Shown piece by piece: positions 56,053 to 64,000 of a DNA stretch of 64,000 bases (position 1 is its first letter; every line of letters starts with the position of its first letter). The stretch is from an uncultured Nitrososphaerales archaeon (GTDB taxonomy: Archaea > Thermoproteota > Nitrososphaeria > Nitrososphaerales > Nitrososphaeraceae): contig CAVOHZ010000010.1 in the NCBI GenBank assembly GCA_963695855.1, positions 928,001 through 992,000 on the forward strand, written 5' to 3'. The notes under the pieces are model-generated. The model had not been told where the DNA came from and searched no databases. It saw nothing but the letters and a program-made list of their open reading frames with translations. Made by a program: the position numbers and the translations under genes.

Positions 56053-57054
56053 TCAATAGTTTTTTATCACCTGTGATTGAAATAATTTTAAACTTTTGAC
56101 ATTCAAATTTAAAAAATGCATTATAAAGTGACTTACTCCCTCATTCACATATTCGTTCAACCCTTTAATTATTTTTTCAGGAGTTCCTATCGTAACTCCG
56201 TTGACAAGATACTCTAAATATTCTTTCATGGTTTTGTCTTTCCTTTTCTCTGTGATCAAGATTCTATCGACCTCATCTTCAGATTCTCTAATAAGACAGG
56301 GAAGTACGATAGAATATTCTATCTCTTCAGGATCTCTTCCTATATCCTTACAATAGCCTTTCAAAATCGAAATTTTTCTTTTCATCTTCTTTGGAGACCC
56401 AAAAAAGAGATTGTATCTATCAGCATGTTTTGCGGCAACTTTAAGAAGATATTTTTCTCCAGAACCTCCTATCATTATTACAGGATGCGGTTTTTGAATA
56501 GGTTTAGGGTTACATATTGCGTTTGATATTTTATAGTAATTACCTAGAAAAGAAGTCGTATTTTCCTTCCACATTTTTTTCATTATCTGTAAAGATTCAT
56601 CCAATTGAGAGATTCGTGTAACGTGTGATGCAAATTCATATCCATATGACAAATACTCTTCTTGATACCATCCAGCACCCAATCCGACCTCAGCCCGACC
56701 ATTACTGATTATGTCCAACGTCGCAATCATTTTTGAAAGAAGACCGGGATTCCGATAAGAATTACACGTGACAACCTGTCCTATCTTAATTTTCTGTGTT
56801 ATTGGTGCAATTGAAGAAATCAGTGTAAAACATTCAAAAATATTTTTTTCAACATCATCTCTAAAATGCGGGATAAAATGATCGTAAGCATAAATGGAAT
56901 TGAATCTAGCCTGCTCTGCAGCAAGGGCTATCTTTTTCGAAAACTCGTATTGTTTAATCGGATCATTTTCTTCTTCTAATGGTAGATCTCCACCTCTCCA
57001 ACCTTGTGGAATAGTTAGTCCAAATTCTATATCTTTTTTATCTTTTATTTGCAA
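56053..57054 (-). CDS. LLM-class F420-dependent oxidoreductase
   Basis: YDHF, YRNPGLLSKM, GLGAGW, PKPIQKPHP.IMIGGSGEK. Confidence 0.92.
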   Translation of the reverse strand: MQIKDKKDIEFGLTIPQGWRGGDLPLEEENDPIKQYEFSKKIALAAEQARFNSIYAYDHFIPHFRDDVEKNIFECFTLISSIAPITQKIKIGQVVTCNSYRNPGLLSKMIATLDIISNGRAEVGLGAGWYQEEYLSYGYEFASHVTRISQLDESLQIMKKMWKENTTSFLGNYYKISNAICNPKPIQKPHPVIMIGGSGEKYLLKVAAKHADRYNLFFGSPKKMKRKISILKGYCKDIGRDPEEIEYSIVLPCLIRESEDEVDRILITEKRKDKTMKEYLEYLVNGVTIGTPEKIIKGLNEYVNEGVSHFIMHFLNLNVKSLKLFQSQVIKNY

Positions 57055-57506
57055 GCTGTATTTTAATGATAATTTATCTAGATATAAATAATTTGTAATA
57101 CTTTTTAAATATTAAAAAGATTGACAATAACCTCGAACAAAAAAAGAAATATGTTAAACCTCAGTGATAAGTAACTAAAACTGATTGCATAAATGTCTGT
57201 ATTTTTAAATGATGTAAATAATAACATTCAAATAAATTTATGCGCAACTTTTTAAATATCTTCAGCACTTTTCAAACTAACAAGTCTTTTGTTATTTTAT
57301 TGACATCGTTTATTTCTCAAAGTGGGTTAAGAAAACCTTTATTTTAATATAATTTTCTGCATCGAATTACCATAGTAGATATAACTAATATGACAGGTTA
57401 CCACGAAATGACGCAGACATAAGCACATATAGAAAATATACAATTATGAATAAAAGATTAAAAATTGAATATTCCGTAAAGAATTAGAGGAGGGGATAAT
57501 ATAATC

Positions 57507-59495
57507 GTGAAATACAGCGTAGGTTTCGCGGGATGGCAAAAGATAACAGTTCCATCTAATAAACAAGAAAAAGAAGGAAAAGATATAATTGAAAATCTTT
57601 CCAAGACAACTTTTAAATCAAAAGATTATTTATGGCATTATTCTCAATTTTTTAACTTTGTACAAATTGATTTTCTCGATATTTTCAAGGATAAGAAGAT
57701 ATTGTCAGATTTACGTAGATTTAGACAAGCCCTTAGAGAATGGGCAGAATTTGGTCCTACTGATTTTAAATTCTCTATAATAGTCCCAAAACAATATATA
57801 GATATTAATAATGATAACCATGACAAGCTAGAAAGATTTCTTCAAGAACTTGAACCAATTCAAGAAAAGATTATTGCGATAGTGTTAAAAGTGCCATCGA
57901 CTTTTACTTTAGCAAAAGATAGAGAATGGTTGAATACGCTCTTAAAATTTTGTAAACAGTTTAAATATTCAATTGCAATAGAATTTGAACATCAATCTTG
58001 GTATCAAGACCTTACCTACAACATTTTAAAAAAGTACAATACTTCGCTGATATGGTCTGATCGACATAAATATCATGTAATTACATCCAATTTTTTGTAT
58101 TTACAGATAAGCGAAAATCTGGAAAAGTGGATACAAAAGTTAAAAGAAAAAGAGAAAGAGATTGAAAAAGAAAATAATAAAAGTACAAACTCTTATTCTA
58201 ATACTGATACAGGTTATTTTGTAGGTATAGTACTAGAAAATAATAATATCTCAAAAATAAATTTTATACAGAAATTATTAAATTCAGGGCAGGTTCAAAG
58301 CGTCAATAATTATAATAATCCGAAAAATGAGATCAAAGCATGGAAAGGTAAAGCGATTTTGCATGTTGACACTAACTCGTTTTATTCGTCATGTGAAGAA
58401 ATAAGAGATCCATCTTTAAAAGGAAAACCTCATGCTGTCATAATGACCGATGAAGAAAATAATAATATTACAAAAGGTGTGGTAGCAACCTGTTCATATG
58501 AGGCTAAGAGATTGGGAGTACAGTCTGCAATGCCTTTATACAAAGCTTTAAACCTATGTCCTAATTTGATTCTACGAGCTGTGGACAAAAGATACTATAA
58601 TATGATCTCAGAAAAAGTAATGGAAATACTGGAAAGATATGCAGATACTTTGGAACAAGCTAGTATAGATGAAGCATATTTGGACTGTACAAGAAAGATT
58701 TCTTCAATGAATATGACCGTAGAGTGGTATTCTAAAGAGATTAAAAAGAAAATTCGAGACGAATGCCAGGGGTTGTTAACCTCTGTAGGTGTAGCAACTA
58801 CAAAATCTGCTGCGAAAATAGCATCCGATTATCAAAAACCTGATGGTCTAACCATTGTTCATTTTGATGAATTGAAAAAATTTCTTGAACCATTGGAGGT
58901 TGAAAGAATTTCGGGGATTGGAAGTAAGACACAAAAAATCTTAAGAGAAGAGTTGAAAATTAAAACCATAGGCGAATTGGCAAGAGCCAATGTTCAGGTC
59001 TTGATAGAAAGATTTGGAAGGAAAACAGGAACGTGGATGTGGCAAGTGGCTAATGGAGAAGATAATGATAAGGTCATTCCAAGAGGAGAACATGTTTCCT
59101 TGAGTAATGAATCTACACTGGAGAATTTTACTCAAGACAGAGAGGAAATAAAAACGGTTTTACACGACATAGTTGATGAGCTGTATGATAGAATTTCTAG
59201 TTATGGTTATGAGTATAGAACTGTAGGAATAAAACTCGTTAGGACCGATTTTAGCATTGAAACAAGAGAAACATCTTATAATAGCTACAAAAATGATAGA
59301 AAAAGTATTGAGTCAGCTATCGATAAATTATTGGATAGATTCAATTTAACAAAAAATGAAGATAACAATGAAAACGAATTAGCAACCAAGAAAATACTAC
59401 TTATAAGGAAAGTTGGACTGAGAGTATCCAATTTGATTAGATTTCAAAATAAAATGAAAATTAACTCTCAAAGGACACTGTTTGATTACATTTAA
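57507..59495 (+). CDS. dinB: Y-family DNA polymerase IV with N-terminal DUF72-like domain
   Basis: ILHVDTNSFY, ATCSYEAK, SIDEAYLD, KPDG and C-terminal PIP-like QRTLFDYI; N-terminal ~210 aa resembles DUF72. Confidence 0.88.
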   Translation: MKYSVGFAGWQKITVPSNKQEKEGKDIIENLSKTTFKSKDYLWHYSQFFNFVQIDFLDIFKDKKILSDLRRFRQALREWAEFGPTDFKFSIIVPKQYIDINNDNHDKLERFLQELEPIQEKIIAIVLKVPSTFTLAKDREWLNTLLKFCKQFKYSIAIEFEHQSWYQDLTYNILKKYNTSLIWSDRHKYHVITSNFLYLQISENLEKWIQKLKEKEKEIEKENNKSTNSYSNTDTGYFVGIVLENNNISKINFIQKLLNSGQVQSVNNYNNPKNEIKAWKGKAILHVDTNSFYSSCEEIRDPSLKGKPHAVIMTDEENNNITKGVVATCSYEAKRLGVQSAMPLYKALNLCPNLILRAVDKRYYNMISEKVMEILERYADTLEQASIDEAYLDCTRKISSMNMTVEWYSKEIKKKIRDECQGLLTSVGVATTKSAAKIASDYQKPDGLTIVHFDELKKFLEPLEVERISGIGSKTQKILREELKIKTIGELARANVQVLIERFGRKTGTWMWQVANGEDNDKVIPRGEHVSLSNESTLENFTQDREEIKTVLHDIVDELYDRISSYGYEYRTVGIKLVRTDFSIETRETSYNSYKNDRKSIESAIDKLLDRFNLTKNEDNNENELATKKILLIRKVGLRVSNLIRFQNKMKINSQRTLFDYI

Positions 59496-59781
59496 TTTGG
59501 TCGCATTATAATAATGTATTTATACGTGACCATTATATATTGCATACAGCATTTTTAGCTTTATTGAGTTAAATTGTAACTAAAAAATTAAAATATATCC
59601 AATTCATATAGATTAGAAATTTACTAGGTTATGAGTATGAAATATTACTTATATAAAAAATTATTATAATAGTAAGAATATAATTTAAAAATTTTTTGAA
59701 AAAACATTGACTGCCTTCATAGATTAATTATTTACATTTGATTTTTCTACCCGAAATATATGTAATTGATAAATATACAAA

Positions 59782-62700
59782 ATGTACAATTTCTGGATGA
59801 TAAAGTCATTATTTCTTATCTTTATGTTAGTTTTATCATTAATTCCTTTTTCTTCAGTGTACGGTCAAGAGTCTCGTAATACTATTATACATTCAGCAAT
59901 AGATGGTGATGACAACCCTGTGCCTAACGGAGGTGTCACGACATCGACTTCTATAACTTTCAATTATAGTGAACCTATAGACAACCAACCACAGGTTGAT
60001 TTGTTCAAGTGTCGATTAGATGGAACAGGAATGGACCCATTTGTTCCCTGTACTAATTTTGTACCTCCAGGGTTCTTTTTCAATACAAAAACCTACACTT
60101 TGCTGCCATTGGGAATGCATACATTTGAGGTGATTGCATGTTTGACTCCAGGTCCTCAGGAGATTTGTGATGAAACACCTGCTACTTGGACATGGTTTAT
60201 AGTTGATTTTGATACCTTCATAACCTCAGCGATTGATGGACAGAATAATACAGTATCCAATTCTGGGACATCTTTTTCTGATAAGATAACGTTTACATTT
60301 TCTGACAATGACTTGAACCAGCCTATAACTGTAGATGGCTTTGAGTGTTCTCTGGATGGTTCAATGTTTGCAGAATGTGATGATCCTGCATCCCAAACAT
60401 ATTCAGACCTTACTGCAGGTGCCCATCACTTTGAGGTAAGGTCCTATGTCTTTGATAATGGGGAGGAGCCTACCAAAATATACGATCAAACTCCAGCTAC
60501 ATGGGACTGGACAGTTATTACAGATACTGTCATAGATACTGCGATAGACGGAACCACTGCCAATATACCAAACGGGGTACTCTGTTTCTCGGATATGATC
60601 ACCTTTACCTATCATGCCACAATAGTAGATGACGGAGGACCAGGAACAATAACAGTAACACCAGATGGCTTTGAGTGTTCTCTGGATGGTTCAATGTTTG
60701 CAGAATGTGATGATCCTGCATCCCAAACATATTCAGACCTTACTGCAGGTGCCCATCACTTTGAGGTAAGGTCCTATGTCTTTGATAATGGGGAGGAGCC
60801 TACCAAAATATACGATCAAACTCCAGCTACATGGGACTGGACAGTTATTACAGATACTGTCATAGATACTGCGATAGACGGAACCACTGCCAATATACCA
60901 AACGGGGGTACCTCTGTCTCGGATATGATCACCTTTACCTATCATGCCACAATAGTAGATGACGGAGGACCAGGAACAATAACAGTAACACCAGATGGCT
61001 TTGAGTGTTCTCTGGATGGTTCAATGTTTGCAGAATGTGATGATCCTGCATCCCAAACATATTCAGACCTTACTGCAGGTGCCCATCACTTTGAGGTAAG
61101 GTCCTATGTCTTTGATAATGGGGAGGAGCCTACCAAAATATACGATCAAACTCCAGCTACATGGGACTGGACAGTTATTACAGATACTGTCATAGATACT
61201 GCGATAGACGGAACCACTGCCAATATACCAAACGGGGGTACCTCTGTCTCGGATATGATCACCTTTACCTATCATGCCACAATAGTAGATGACGGAGGAC
61301 CAGGAACAATAACAGTAACACCAGATGGCTTTGAGTGTTCTCTGGATGGTTCAATGTTTGCAGAATGTGATGATCCTGCATCCCAAACATATTCAGACCT
61401 TACTGCAGGTGCCCATCACTTTGAGGTAAGGTCCTATGTCTTTGATAATGGGGAGGAGCCTACCAAAATATACGATCAAACTCCACTACATGGGACTGGA
61501 CAGTTATTACAGATACTGTCATAGATACTGCGATAGACGGAACCACTGCCAATATACCAAACGGGGGTACTTCTGTCTCGGATATGATCACCTTTACCTA
61601 TCATGCCACAATAGTAGATGACGGAGGACCAGGAACAATAACAGTAACACCAGATGGCTTTGAGTGTTCTCTGGATGGTTCAATGTTTGCAGAATGTGAT
61701 GATCCTGCATCCCAAACATATTCAGACCTTACTGCAGGTGCCCATCACTTTGAGGTAAGGTCCTATGTCTTTGATAATGGGGAGGAGCCTACCAAAATAT
61801 ACGATCAAACTCCAGCTACATGGGACTGGACAGTTATTACAGATACTGTCATAGATACTGCGATAGACGGAACCACTGCCAATATACCAAACGGGGGTAC
61901 CTCTGTCTCGGATATGATCACCTTTACCTATCATGCCACAATAGTAGATGACGGAGGACCAGGAACAATAACAGTAACACCAGATGGCTTTGAGTGTTCT
62001 CTGGATGGTTCAATGTTTGCAGAATGTGATGATCCTGCATCCCAAACATATTCAGACCTTACTGCAGGTGCCCATCACTTTGAGGTAAGGTCCTATGTCT
62101 TTGATAATGGGGAGGAGCCTACCAAAATATACGATCAAACTCCAGCTACATGGGACTGGACAGTTATTACAGATACTGTCATAGATACTGCGATAGACGG
62201 AACCACTGCCAATATACCAAACGGGGATACTCTGTCTCGGATATGATCACCTTTACCTATCATGCCACAATAGTAGATGACGGAGGACCAGGAACAATAA
62301 CAGTAACACCAGATGGCTTTGAGTGTTCTCTGGATGGTTCAATGTTTGCAGAATGTGATGATCCTGCATCCCAAACATATTCAGACCTTACTGCAGGTGC
62401 CCATCACTTTGAGGTAAGGTCCTATGTCTTTGATAATGGGGAGGAGCCTACCAAAATATACGATCAAACTCCAGCTACATGGGACTGGACAGTTATTACA
62501 GATACTGTCATAGATGATGCTATCGATGGGGACAACGATCAAGTTTTGAATGGAGGTTCTACCTCCTCTAATGATATCACCTTTACCTATCATGCCACAA
62601 TAGTAGATGACGGAGGACCAGGAACAATAACAGTAACACCAGATGGCTTTGAATGCGAACTGGATGGCAATGGTTCAATGTTTGCAGAATGTGATAGTCT

Positions 62701-64000
62701 TACTAGTCAATCTTATATAGATCTTACTGCAGGTGCCCATCACTTTGAGGTAAGGTCCTATGTGCTTGACGATGAAATGAACAAGATATATGATTCTTCA
62801 CCTGCAACCTTCAATTGGAACATAAAGCAGTTCGATACAGTTATTAATTCAGCAATAGATGGTAACGGTGCCAATGTTACAAACGGCGGGTCCACTCCAT
62901 CTAACAACATAACATTTACTTTTTCAGCTATTGAGATTAATACTCTCCAATTAATGGGTAGCACTTTACAAATTTATACCGAAGATAATGAACAAATAGC
63001 AACACCATTTAATTCGTCCGAGATTGAAAATGATAATTCTAAAGAAATTCCTAATTCTCTATCTTCATTATTTAAATTAGTGATTCCACTGTTTACTTAT
63101 TTGAATTTCTCACCATTTTATACAACTCAATCGCTGGTGTCACCAGCCATTGCTCAGGAGATTTTTAATGTTCAACCAGGACTTCAGTGTATGTTAGATA
63201 ATGGACCATTCGAGGACTGTTCAACTGGTACTAAGAACTATCTTAACTTGTCTGCAGGTCAACATGTCTTTAAGGTTAGATGGAACATTAGTGAAACCGA
63301 ATTCAATCCATCTCCAGCTAACTTCACTTGGACAGTAGAACCAAATACCATTATAGACTCGGCAGTAGATGGAAATGGTGCGAATGTTACAAACGGCGGG
63401 TCTACAAATTCAAGCTCTATAAATTTCACATATCATGCAGAGGTTTCTGAAGGACCAATAATAGTAGATGGTTTTGAATGTTCTATTGATGGTGCTATGT
63501 TTGAAGACTGTACTTCGGGTGCCACCAAATCCTACACTAACCTTACTGCAGGTATCCACACGTTTGCAGTAAAATGGGTCAATGATGGATATGAGGCACA
63601 AACTCCAGCTAACTTCACTTGGACAGTAGAACCAAATACCATTATAGACTCGGCAGTAGATGGAAATGGTGCGAATGTTACAAACGGCGGGTCTACAAAT
63701 TCAAGCTCTATAAATTTCACATATCATGCAGAGGTTTCTGAAGGACCAATAATAGTAGATGGTTTTGAATGTTCTATTGACAGTGGATTATTTACTGAAT
63801 GTAACAGCGGCACTCAATCATATTCTGGTCTTCCAGCAGGTGTGCATACGTTTGCAGTAAAATGGGTCAATAATGACCATGAAGATCAAACACCTGCAAC
63901 ATGGAGATGGACCATTTTACCCGATACTGTTATAGATGCGGCTGTTGACGGAGTCGACGCAAACGCAGATCCAATTCCAAACGGCGGATCCACTTTATCA
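59782..64000 (+). CDS. Large secreted/surface protein with tandem beta-sandwich (Ig-like) repeats; two apparent frameshifts; runs off the window
   Basis: Signal peptide; ~110-aa repeats FECSLDG...HHFEVR...TPATWDWTV; frame changes near 61486 and 62228; third frame open from 62243 to the end. Confidence 0.82.
60333..62517 (+). repeat. 330-bp tandem repeat, about 6.6 near-identical copies
   Basis: AGATGGCTTTGAGTGTTC recurs at ~60333, 60663, 60993, 61323, 61652, 61982 and 62311. Confidence 0.95.
63312..63780 (+). repeat. Direct repeat, 178-bp identical block with 291-bp period
   Basis: 63312-63489 equals 63603-63780. Confidence 0.9.

Noticed and set aside
60403-62593. Repeated 70-aa minus-strand ORFs
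   Set aside because: By-product of the 330-bp tandem repeat on the opposite strand
60333-63780. Diversity-generating retroelement template/variable repeat pair
   Set aside because: No reverse transcriptase, and the differences are indels rather than adenine-specific substitutions

Overview
Low-GC archaeal DNA; gene families and style point to an ammonia-oxidising Nitrososphaerales genome (Nitrosocosmicus-like; inference). The first ~21.6 kb is an accessory island punctuated by about ten same-strand repeats. Most end in a tRNA T-arm/acceptor 3' fragment (best copies CCCGACGGGCCCG), each preceded by a short hairpin. Several flank single genes, which looks like a tRNA-anchored gene-cassette array; no tRNA or integrase is in the window. 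The island also holds an IS110 element whose upstream non-coding region folds into a bridge-RNA-like structure with guides matching its own junctions, inserted into the inverted repeat of a ~100 bp MITE-like element. Two IS630, one IS5 and several pseudogenes are also present. The rest encodes malic enzyme, P450, RTX-repeat proteins, a sugar ABC transporter, Ca2+/H+ and CDF transporters, a methyltransferase/UbiA-like/chorismate-lyase cluster, an aldehyde dehydrogenase, an LLM oxidoreductase, a DUF72-DinB fusion and the 5' part of a large surface protein with 330-bp tandem repeats. All calls are by eye; no searches were run.
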